The notes beneath the pieces were generated by a model, which was not told the DNA's origin, did no database searches, and saw only the letters and a list, made by a program, of their open reading frames with translations. A stretch of DNA of 34,939 bases from Candidatus Bathyarchaeia archaeon (GTDB lineage: Archaea; Thermoproteota; Bathyarchaeia; Bathyarchaeales; Bathycorpusculaceae), in the NCBI GenBank assembly GCA_038883795.1, contig JAVZLK010000015.1, forward strand, positions 1 through 34,939. Direction: 5' to 3'. Positions 27,401-34,939 of the stretch are shown one piece after another (position 1 is the stretch's first letter; each line of letters opens with the position of its first letter). The position numbers and the translations under genes were made by a program.

Positions 27401-27547
27401 AAACTTTTAACCACCTTTATTTTTAGTTTTCATTAAAAATTTAAATTGAGACAAATAAGGAGTAAAGATGATTAATAAACAAAGTATTTTCGGATATCAC
27501 CGAACGATAATGAATACAAGAGTAAAGAAAATGGGGGTAATTAATGT

Positions 27548-29140
27548 TTATGCTGGTGGTATTTCGCCGTAAATGTCCTGTAATGCAATGCCAATTCTTC
27601 TGTTGCGCTCTGCAAAGGCAAACCATATTAGGGAGCCTATGAAAACCCATAAGGCCAAATACGCCATGCCCCAAGCACTCAACCAAGATGCGGCTACTGC
27701 TAATCCCCAAACCCAGAAGAAAATTGCCAAAGCGCCACATATGCTTATCACTGGTATGCCAGCAAAAACCGCTTTGAACCCTCTTTCCCAAATGTCTGGA
27801 CGTCTATAGGGCAGTATTACGCCTGCAAAGGCTATGAGGAGTTGGCTAAGGATGAAAATGAAAGTAGCGTCCACAGTTGCCATGAAAACATTACCAAGAC
27901 TTAACGGTATAAAGATGTAGGCAATCACCGCTGTCAAAATAACTGACCAGTGAGGCGAGTGGAAGCGTTCATTCACGCGGTTGAAGGCTTCTGGGAAGAA
28001 CCTGTCGAAAGCCCAAGCGAAAGGTTGTCTTGGACCCACAAGTAAGGTTGCTCCGGAACAGTTAGAGATCCATAGGGCTGGGATAAAGGCAAATATTGCT
28101 TGAAGCCACACTTGTCCATGTGCTAAGGGTACTGTAAATAGAGGTAGGCTTGGATCCATCATTGTCATTGTAGTTACTTGGTCAGTGTATCCTTTTCCAT
28201 AGACGTAACAGTATTGGCTTACGAAGTCTCCGTAAGCTGTGTATACGCCGATCACTGTGGCGACATACCAGAACATTACGAATAGTGTTGCAGCAAAAAC
28301 GCCAACTATAAAGCCTGTTTTTGGAGATTTCATTTCTCCACCAAAGTAGCATGCTGCCGTGGTTCCCCAGTATGCCCAGAAAGTGTCTACGAAATTAAGG
28401 ATTGTTGCACCTCCAGCACCGCCTGCCTCTTCTGTAGCACTTGCCACATAATCAGCCCAACCATTATCGATGGCTACTTGTTTCACTTGTTCCCATGAAC
28501 CTGCTCCATAAGTTAGATTCCAAGCTTCTTTCACATAGGTTGGATTCATAATTCCGTAGAAAGTGGCACCCACCCCAAGAAAGCTTCCCACTATGCCTAT
28601 GGCAACCAATCCCGCAACATACCATCTAAACACCCGTATACCCAGCAATGACAACACCGTATAAAGTGTAACTATCACCACAGCGATTAGGCCTAACCCT
28701 GTATTATCAAGTGCAAACTCGATCCAAGCTGGATTATCAGTGGCGTGACCCATCAGGTTGATCACTTTGACCCAGAACCCGGCGCCAATTACAGCCAAAA
28801 CTCCAGTAGCAAAGTTGTTAGCTACGAAATACAACCAGTCTCCGAGAAAGCCTACGTGAGGATCCAATACCCGTGATACGTAAATGTAGCTTCCTCCAGA
28901 CCTTGGCATCATTATTCCCATTTCAGTAATTACGTAAGCCAAGAAAATCGCTGGCAAAGCACCAATAATATAGGCAATGGGAATTATTGATCCGGGATGC
29001 CAATACGAAGCCTGCACAGACCAATAGTTTATTCCGCTGCCAATGGTGTAGCTGAGCGAAACGGAGAACGCTGACCACCAGCCTAACTCTCTGACCAGTC
29101 CAGTTGCCTTTCTTGGAAAAGCAAACTTAACTTCGGCCAA
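27548..29140 (-). CDS. APC-superfamily amino acid/amine permease
   Basis: F.RKATGLVRE, MPRSGGSYIYVSR, GGEMK.P, R..FAWAFDR.FP, about 12 TM segments, terminal EIPP. TTG start. Confidence 0.9.
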   Translation of the reverse strand: MAEVKFAFPRKATGLVRELGWWSAFSVSLSYTIGSGINYWSVQASYWHPGSIIPIAYIIGALPAIFLAYVITEMGIMMPRSGGSYIYVSRVLDPHVGFLGDWLYFVANNFATGVLAVIGAGFWVKVINLMGHATDNPAWIEFALDNTGLGLIAVVIVTLYTVLSLLGIRVFRWYVAGLVAIGIVGSFLGVGATFYGIMNPTYVKEAWNLTYGAGSWEQVKQVAIDNGWADYVASATEEAGGAGGATILNFVDTFWAYWGTTAACYFGGEMKSPKTGFIVGVFAATLFVMFWYVATVIGVYTAYGDFVSQYCYVYGKGYTDQVTTMTMMDPSLPLFTVPLAHGQVWLQAIFAFIPALWISNCSGATLLVGPRQPFAWAFDRFFPEAFNRVNERFHSPHWSVILTAVIAYIFIPLSLGNVFMATVDATFIFILSQLLIAFAGVILPYRRPDIWERGFKAVFAGIPVISICGALAIFFWVWGLAVAASWLSAWGMAYLALWVFIGSLIWFAFAERNRRIGIALQDIYGEIPPA

Positions 29141-29306
29141 AGCCTTCCCTTCCGTTCTTTAGATACGTATGGGTTTCTTTTTAAGCTTTGTTATTTTAGC
29201 CAAAAACTGAAGCCCTATTTTTAAAAGGGTTAATAAGGCGCAAATTTTAGAAATAAAAGACAAAATTTATGGCATCTAACAGATAGAGAATAGGCTGTGA
29301 AAAAGT

Positions 29307-30134
29307 ATGATAATAATTACTGTGGCTCCAACAGGTTCGGGTCCAATGTGGAAGGAAACACCTTACCTTCCAATAACCCCAGAGCAAATAGCTGAAGAAG
29401 CAGTAAAAGCCTGTGAGGCTGGAGCCGCCGTCGCTCATATACATGTCAGAAATCCCGAAACTAAGGAGCCACATCCAGACGTTAAACTGTATGGCGAAGT
29501 TATGGAAAGAATTAGAGAAAAATGCGACATGATTATTCAACTCACCACGGGCGGCGGTGGTCCATATGGCATATCATTGGAGCAAAGAATTTGCGCCCTC
29601 GAACTGAATCCGGAATTTGCATCATTAAACGTGGCTACCATGACCTTTGGCAACAGCATATTCCTAAACCCTCCAGAGGCTGTAGAAAAAATTGCCAAGG
29701 CAATGCTTGAAAGAAACATAAAACCAGAAGTTGAATGCTATGATGTTGGACATATAAACTTGGCACTTCAATTATTTGAGAAGGGATTGTTGAAAGAACC
29801 ATTAAGGTTTGGACTAGTGTTAGGAGTAAGAGGCGGAATCCCAGCAACACCAGAAAACCTTATGCACATGGTGAAAGCTTTACCAAAAAACTGTAGGTGG
29901 AATGTCATAGCTGTCGGAGGCAGAGTTCAATTTCAGTTGCTTACTCTCGGAATGATTTTGGGCGGAGACGTTCGAGTGGGAATGGAAGACAACATCTATC
30001 TCGCCAAAGGTGTCTTAGCCAAAAGTAACGCTGAATTAGTCACCAAAGTTGTTAGAATAGCTAAGGAACTTGGCATAGAAATAGCCACTCCAAGCGAAGC
30101 CAGAAAACTTCTCGGATTAACCGGAAAATCTTGA
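29307..30134 (+). CDS. Beta-keto acid cleavage enzyme (BKACE/DUF849, Kce family)
   Basis: IITVAPTG, P.TPEQIA..A..C.EAGAA.AHIHVR (Zn His pair), TTGG, PE.ASL, KPE.ECYD.G, RVGMEDN, ATP.EAR..LGL. Confidence 0.92.
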   Translation: MIIITVAPTGSGPMWKETPYLPITPEQIAEEAVKACEAGAAVAHIHVRNPETKEPHPDVKLYGEVMERIREKCDMIIQLTTGGGGPYGISLEQRICALELNPEFASLNVATMTFGNSIFLNPPEAVEKIAKAMLERNIKPEVECYDVGHINLALQLFEKGLLKEPLRFGLVLGVRGGIPATPENLMHMVKALPKNCRWNVIAVGGRVQFQLLTLGMILGGDVRVGMEDNIYLAKGVLAKSNAELVTKVVRIAKELGIEIATPSEARKLLGLTGKS

Positions 30135-30135
30135 A

Positions 30136-31449
30136 GTGATAAGCATGGAAGAAATGGAAAAATCAAAGAAACTTTTCGCAGAAGCAAAAAAACTCACACC
30201 CGGAGGCGTCCACAGCACCTTACGCTTTTTTGACCCCTACCCCATCTTCATATCAAAAGCAAAGGGCTCAAAAATTTATGATGTGGACGGCAACCAATAC
30301 ATTGATTATCACCTAGCTTTTGGACCCGTGATTTTGGGACATGCCCACCCAAGCGTTTCAGACGCCGTTAAAAAACAACTGGATAATGGCGTAATCTATG
30401 GCCTCTGCCATGAGTTGGAGGTTAAAGTTGCCAAAAAAATTGTGGCCCATGTTCCTTCAGCCCAAATGGTTAGATTTTGCAACACAGGCACAGAAGCCAC
30501 ATACCATGCCATCCGTTTAGCAAGAGCTTACACTAAAAGGAATAAAATTGTAAAGTTTGAAGGCGCCTACCACGGATGGCACGACATTGTATCCTTCAGC
30601 TCAAGCCCAACATTAAAGGAAGCTGGACCAAAAGAGTGCCCAACGCCAGTTCCAGATACTGCAGGCGTTTCAGCGGATACGGCAAAACAAGTGATTATTG
30701 TTCCCTTTAATGACCAGGAGGCGGTTGAAAAAGTAATAAAAAGGCATCATAATGAAATTGCAGCGTTAATAACAGAACCAATCCTCCACGGCAGCGCCAC
30801 ATGTATTATCCCAAAAGAAGGATTCCTAAAATTTTTGAGGGAAATCACCCAAGAATATGGCATCGTACTGATTTTTGATGAAGTAGTTACTGGTTTCCGT
30901 CACCATCTGGGAGGGGCACAAAAAATCTTCGATGTAACGCCTGACTTAACAACATTTGCAAAGGCTATGGCAAACGGTTTTCCTGTAGCAGCAGTTTGTG
31001 GGAAAAAAGAAATCATGGAATATTTTAAGCCGACTGGTAATGTTGATTATGGAGGAACTTTTAACGGAAATCCCATATCCATGGCTGCCACACTTGCCAC
31101 AATAAAAGAGTTGGAGAAAAATGAAGAGTACAAACATCTTTTTAAGCTTGGAGAAGAGATTAGAAGTCAGCTTAACAAAGTCATTGCCAAATTGAAACTT
31201 GAAGCTCAAACGATTGGTTTCGGGTCGATTTTTCAAATATTATTTACAAAAAAGAAAATCATAAATTACAGAGACACATTGTCCTCGAAAAATGAGCTTT
31301 TCATGAAATTTCAAAAAGAAATGATGAAAAGAAGTGTTTTCATCCTACCAAAACCAAACAAGAGATGCCACATTTCAGCCGCCCACACAACCGAAGACAT
31401 AAATTTCACAATTGAAAAGGCTGAGGAAGCTTTAAAAACGCTAAAGTAA
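30136..31449 (+). CDS. Class III PLP aminotransferase, HemL(GSA-AM)-like; probably a catabolic beta/omega-transaminase
   Basis: PGGV.S, DVDGNQYIDY, NTGTEAT..AIRLAR, KFEGAYHG, LIFDEVVTGFR, PDLTTFAKAMANG, GTFNGNP. Coupled to BKACE with a 1-bp gap. Confidence 0.88.
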   Translation: MISMEEMEKSKKLFAEAKKLTPGGVHSTLRFFDPYPIFISKAKGSKIYDVDGNQYIDYHLAFGPVILGHAHPSVSDAVKKQLDNGVIYGLCHELEVKVAKKIVAHVPSAQMVRFCNTGTEATYHAIRLARAYTKRNKIVKFEGAYHGWHDIVSFSSSPTLKEAGPKECPTPVPDTAGVSADTAKQVIIVPFNDQEAVEKVIKRHHNEIAALITEPILHGSATCIIPKEGFLKFLREITQEYGIVLIFDEVVTGFRHHLGGAQKIFDVTPDLTTFAKAMANGFPVAAVCGKKEIMEYFKPTGNVDYGGTFNGNPISMAATLATIKELEKNEEYKHLFKLGEEIRSQLNKVIAKLKLEAQTIGFGSIFQILFTKKKIINYRDTLSSKNELFMKFQKEMMKRSVFILPKPNKRCHISAAHTTEDINFTIEKAEEALKTLK

Positions 31450-31526
31450 GCATTACATTTTCTTCAAGTTAATGTAATTCCCTTTTTCGGAAAAGAATAA
31501 TTGGATTTGTGCAAAATTTACTTTTA

Positions 31527-32228
31527 ATGACGGTGTTTATCACAGTTGAGGGAGAAATTCTTGACGGCATTTTTAGAGAGCGGCTTACTCGTTTTTCGGC
31601 TTTAGTAGAGCGAGAAAACAAAATTTTTGAGGTTTTTCTGCCAAACCCTGGAAGATTAGAGGAGCTTTTGAATTCTGGTGCTAAGGTTGTTTTGAAAAAG
31701 ACCTTGCCTAAAGGGAGGAAAACAGCCTACGACTTGGTAGGCGTCTACCTTAACGGAGAGAAAGTTTCTGTGGATTCCCGGGTTCCAAACAAGTTGGTTT
31801 TTGAAGCTTTGAAGAAGAAAGCCATAAAAGAATTTGCTCAATACTGCATCGTTAAGCCTGAACCATTTTATGGAAATACGCGTTTCGACTTTCTCTTAAG
31901 TAATCATGAGAAAGCTTGCCTTTTGGAGGTTAAGTCTTGCACCCTTGTTAAAAATGGAATAGCCATGTTTCCAGATGCGAAAACCGAAAGGGGAACTAGG
32001 CATGTTATGAAATTGCTTGAAGCTAAAATGGAGGGTTATAGGGCTTGCATACTCTTCATTATTCAGCGCACAGATGCTTACGCTTTTTCGCCCGCTGATG
32101 ACGTGGACAAAGAATTTGGGGAAGCATTGCGGACAGCCTTTAAAGAAGGCGTGGAGGTTTACGCTTACTCTTCTGAGTTTTTGGATAATAAAATAATGCT
32201 TATAGGAAGAGTTGAAGTGAAGCTTTAA
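31527..32228 (+). CDS. sfsA: SfsA (sugar fermentation stimulation) PD-(D/E)xK nuclease-like DNA-binding protein
   Basis: F.ER.TRF, LPNPGRL.ELL, RKT.YDL, RFDFLL, LEVKSCTLV, FPDA.T.RG.RH, F.P....D..F, GVEVYAY. Confidence 0.93.
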   Translation: MTVFITVEGEILDGIFRERLTRFSALVERENKIFEVFLPNPGRLEELLNSGAKVVLKKTLPKGRKTAYDLVGVYLNGEKVSVDSRVPNKLVFEALKKKAIKEFAQYCIVKPEPFYGNTRFDFLLSNHEKACLLEVKSCTLVKNGIAMFPDAKTERGTRHVMKLLEAKMEGYRACILFIIQRTDAYAFSPADDVDKEFGEALRTAFKEGVEVYAYSSEFLDNKIMLIGRVEVKL

Positions 32229-32293
32229 CGATGTAATTCTTTTTCAAGAATTTAGGGTTTGGCGCAGGGCAAAGGCGACAGCCTCTCTAGATT

Positions 32294-33541
32294 TTATGGT
32301 GTTTCTCCGTTTTGTTCAACGGTTGTGTTGTCTCTGTCGAAGATTAGGTATGTCGTCACGTTTGTTTTGTCTATACCATGCCAGTTGTATGTGTTTCCGA
32401 TGGAAATCAGTTTTTGTGTGGGCGCCATTATGTTATAGCCACTATATTGTGGGTTGTGTTCAAATAAAGCGCCGATTAGGACTATGGTTTCTGCGCTTGG
32501 ATTTAATTGGCTGTATATGTTTGGGCTTTTGTCCGTGTAGAACATTCCACCAATTATTGTGAGTTTCGACATCATGCGATTTCTTATCAGAATGTTTGGG
32601 ACGTTTCCGCCTTGACCGTTTTCAACCCAACAGTTGGTTAACTCTAAAGTTGGTAAGAGCGCATTTTCTCCAGTTCCGCCCTCTATGATTATGTGGGCTT
32701 CTAATTCGGGGCTCCACATGTTTTTGCTTGATAAGAGACAGTTTGCAAGTTTCAGTTGGGCAATATTTTTAGCGTAGACATCTGTCTTTCTATGGAAGCC
32801 CATTAGGCAGTGGATGAGGTTTATTTGACCGCCAGTTCTGTAGTTTTCGTTAAATTCGCCTATTTTGACACCATAATCAGTTATGGCATCTGGGGCGTCG
32901 TTGATTTTTCTGCCGTCTATCCAACAGTTGAATATTGAGCTGTCTTCGCAACCCGTTAGGTCTACATTAGCGTGTGTGGCGCCCCAGATTTTGCAGTTGC
33001 GGATTTGGTGGACTGGCACTTGACTTGTTGTGCGCAGGGCATCTATGCACTTTTCCGCTAAGCCATTGCCGTTTATAAATAAGCCGTCTAGGTGCGCATA
33101 CCTTATGTGGCGTATGTCAAAGACGGTTGTCATATGTTCTGTAGCGAATATTTCTGCGCCATTGCCTATTATGTAAAAGTCTTCTTTCGGTGGCGTTATG
33201 GGTTTTGTAATGTTGAACCTTTGTTTTTCAAGGTATATGCATGAATAACCAGCATCCAAAGCCTCTTGAATATCTTCGAACCTTTTTCCTGTTCCAACCA
33301 CAATTTCTGCTGTTAAGGATTCGTTTAGTTCAAATTCGCCATACAGCCTATAACCTTCATCTATCCACTCGTCAAAATTCTCGAAAAAATTGAAGTAAGA
33401 TGCTCTTGAGCCGTTAAGGTTAACATCATAAGAGATAGGAGTGCAGCTAATGAAGGCTAAAGAGGTCGATAAGAAAAGCAGCGTAACCATTGTAAGGCGG
33501 TGAAGACGCAACGACTGCATTAAGCATTCCGAAACGCACAC
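32294..33541 (-). CDS. Secreted hypothetical protein, probable right-handed beta-helix (pectin lyase-like) fold
   Basis: N-terminal hydrophobic segment, VG.G..F..IQEALD and I.L....F.I.KPI cap motifs, repeated I.NC.I / L.NC.. strands. Start is uncertain (33541/33520). Confidence 0.6.
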   Translation of the reverse strand: MCVSECLMQSLRLHRLTMVTLLFLSTSLAFISCTPISYDVNLNGSRASYFNFFENFDEWIDEGYRLYGEFELNESLTAEIVVGTGKRFEDIQEALDAGYSCIYLEKQRFNITKPITPPKEDFYIIGNGAEIFATEHMTTVFDIRHIRYAHLDGLFINGNGLAEKCIDALRTTSQVPVHQIRNCKIWGATHANVDLTGCEDSSIFNCWIDGRKINDAPDAITDYGVKIGEFNENYRTGGQINLIHCLMGFHRKTDVYAKNIAQLKLANCLLSSKNMWSPELEAHIIIEGGTGENALLPTLELTNCWVENGQGGNVPNILIRNRMMSKLTIIGGMFYTDKSPNIYSQLNPSAETIVLIGALFEHNPQYSGYNIMAPTQKLISIGNTYNWHGIDKTNVTTYLIFDRDNTTVEQNGETP

Positions 33542-33623
33542 TCAACAGCTCATTATTGTAAGGTTTTGTATGTAACCCATTGGCACTTACAGAAGAAAAC
33601 GAAAGCCAAAATCTACTAATGTT

Positions 33624-34019
33624 TTAAGCCATTTCCTCGATTAACTTCTTAACTTTTCTTTCTATTTCGTCTCTGATTTGGCGCACTTTTTCTATGGGTT
33701 TTCCCTTTGGATCTTCAATTCCCCAGTCCACAACCTTGTTTAATAATGGTGCTGGACAGAATCCTCCCGCTTCGCATCCCATGACTATTATTTTGTCTGC
33801 TTCTTGAACCATTTGATTGTTTATGATTTTTGGTTTGTTTTTTGAGATGTCTATTCCCTTTTCCTGCATGACTTGCACTACTATTGGGTTTACTTCTTTT
33901 GAGGGCATTGTGCCGGCGCTTAGGGCTTCAATTTTTCCCTTTCCATAATGGTTTGTGAAGGCTTCAGCCATTTGGCTTCTTCCAGCATTTTCAACACAGA
34001 CAAAAAGAACTTTCCGCAT
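33624..34019 (-). CDS. arsC: Arsenate reductase ArsC (LMW-PTP fold)
   Basis: VLFVCVENAGRSQMAE (CX5R), SAGT.P, M.E.GIDIS...PK, MGC.....CP, DW.IEDP.G, VR.IRDEI. GAGG RBS before ATG 34019. Confidence 0.9.
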   Translation of the reverse strand: MRKVLFVCVENAGRSQMAEAFTNHYGKGKIEALSAGTMPSKEVNPIVVQVMQEKGIDISKNKPKIINNQMVQEADKIIVMGCEAGGFCPAPLLNKVVDWGIEDPKGKPIEKVRQIRDEIERKVKKLIEEMA

Positions 34020-34052
34020 TTCAATCCTCATTATAATTGTTTATTTTGGGCT

Positions 34053-34403
34053 TTATGTTTTGCCTTCGCAGTCCATGCAAACTTCAACTTCCCTATTAGT
34101 CCAAAAGGTTTTGCCGCATTTTTTGCAAACAACTTTATGAAGCAAGCCTTTGTCTGCGGATTTGACTGGTGTGAATGTAATCTCTCTTTTTGGGAAACTT
34201 ATCGCCTTTTTGTGGCATAACGGTTCGCACGCTGTACAACCATTAACACATTTTAGGGGGTGGGCAACTATGGCTTTACCATCTCTAAACTCGAAAACGC
34301 CGTTTGGACAGAACTCCACGCATTTTGGCTTTCCAAATGGGGCGCATCCGTCACATTTTTCTGGAAAAATTGTTGGATACCAGAGCGTACAAGATTCTGC
34401 CAT
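34053..34403 (-). CDS. 2x[4Fe-4S]-type ferredoxin fused to a C-terminal CxxC..CxxC Zn-ribbon
   Basis: CDGC......CVEFCP, CVNGCTACEPLC, then CKKCGKTFWTN.....CMDC. Confidence 0.82.
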   Translation of the reverse strand: MAESCTLWYPTIFPEKCDGCAPFGKPKCVEFCPNGVFEFRDGKAIVAHPLKCVNGCTACEPLCHKKAISFPKREITFTPVKSADKGLLHKVVCKKCGKTFWTNREVEVCMDCEGKT

Positions 34404-34414
34404 AAGGTTACCCT

Positions 34415-34603
34415 TCATTGCAGGTTTCTTCTACAGTCAAAGCAGAGTTCAGTTTCAAAGTTTGTTAGGAAAGTTTTTCCGCATCCCTTGCATTTCACTT
34501 CTTTTAGCATTCCCTCTTTTATGGGCGAAACTGATTTCAGAAGGTCCGTTGCTGTTTGCATGCATGAGCATGGCGGTTTATTTTTCTGTTCATTTTCTTT
34601 CAT
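34415..34603 (-). CDS. Small Cys-rich Zn-ribbon protein (62 aa)
   Basis: ATG 34603 lies 2 bp after the permease stop. PPCSC plus CKGCGKTFLTN.....CFDC, homologous to the tail of the next gene. Confidence 0.7.
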   Translation of the reverse strand: MKENEQKNKPPCSCMQTATDLLKSVSPIKEGMLKEVKCKGCGKTFLTNFETELCFDCRRNLQ

Positions 34604-34605
34604 AG

Positions 34606-34938
34606 CTATAACGACCCACTTATAAAGCCGTATAAGAGTCCGAATATTACGCTTCCAGCCCAAGCTATAAACATGTAAGTCAAAACCACTTTCCACTTTG
34701 CGATTCGTGAAACTGCCATTGCATTTGCAACATCATATGGCTGTCCCATAAGCCAGCTAAGCAAGGCGCCTTTTGACATTCCAAGATCCCACATAGCCTT
34801 GCCCAAGACAACTTCAACAAGCGTTGGAGTGTAAAGTGGTCCGCCGAGAATGGATGCAATTAATATTCCAGTGACTCCTGTTAGGTATGTCCCAACGATA
34901 TCTTCAGGTAGGAAAGCTTCCACATAGCTTACTACAAC
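34606..34938 (-). CDS. DUF318/ArsP-like permease, C-terminal part (truncated by window edge)
   Basis: Frame open to the window end. GGPLY.P...EV, LGMSKGALLSWLMGQP, hydrophobic helices. Lies upstream of arsC. Confidence 0.78.
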   Translation of the reverse strand, partial: VVVSYVEAFLPEDIVGTYLTGVTGILIASILGGPLYTPTLVEVVLGKAMWDLGMSKGALLSWLMGQPYDVANAMAVSRIAKWKVVLTYMFIAWAGSVIFGLLYGFISGSL

Positions 34939-34939
34939 C

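Noticed and set aside
27460-27530. Short direct repeat GAGTAAAGA x2 in a convergent intergenic region
   Set aside because: Only two 9-bp copies in AT-rich DNA, with no array or CRISPR-like spacing.
30136-31449. hemL for tetrapyrrole/B12 synthesis
   Set aside because: HemL-specific motifs are altered, there are no hem or cbi neighbours, and it is coupled to BKACE, so the symbol was withheld.
31527-32228. sfsA as part of the catabolic island or a defence system
   Set aside because: It is a widespread stand-alone gene and more likely marks the island boundary.
34150-34625. Plus-strand ORFs of 151 and 121 aa
   Set aside because: They are antisense to the Cys-motif ferredoxin and Zn-ribbon genes that fit the minus-strand operon.

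Overview
Gene-dense archaeal window. GGTG(A/G)-type RBSs, BRE/TATA-like promoters and the gene content suggest an anaerobic archaeon such as Bathyarchaeia (inference). About 31 kb forms a catabolic island. It has two inward-facing corrinoid methyltransferase modules: three non-pyrrolysine MttB-superfamily paralogues, two B12-binding proteins, a [2Fe-2S]-ASKHA corrinoid activator and a stand-alone MtrH/MtgA-like pterin methyltransferase. These bracket or adjoin amino-acid backbone enzymes: class I aminotransferase, opine dehydrogenase, MR-type enolase, DapA-like lyase, ornithine cyclodeaminase-like reductase, proline-racemase-family protein, tungsten FOR-type aldehyde oxidoreductase, BKACE and a HemL-like class III transaminase. 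Uptake functions are a Dpp/Opp ABC transporter, an APC permease and a secreted C69 peptidase. Several enzymes have non-canonical active-site residues and the ABC binding protein looks circularly permuted. An uncharacterised metallophosphoesterase + nucleotidyltransferase-like + 2TM cassette sits inside the island. The right end has sfsA, a secreted beta-helix-like protein and the end of an arsenic-resistance-type operon with two tandem Zn-ribbon proteins. No rRNA, tRNA, CRISPR or mobile element was recognised. All family calls are by-eye motif recognition, without database searches.
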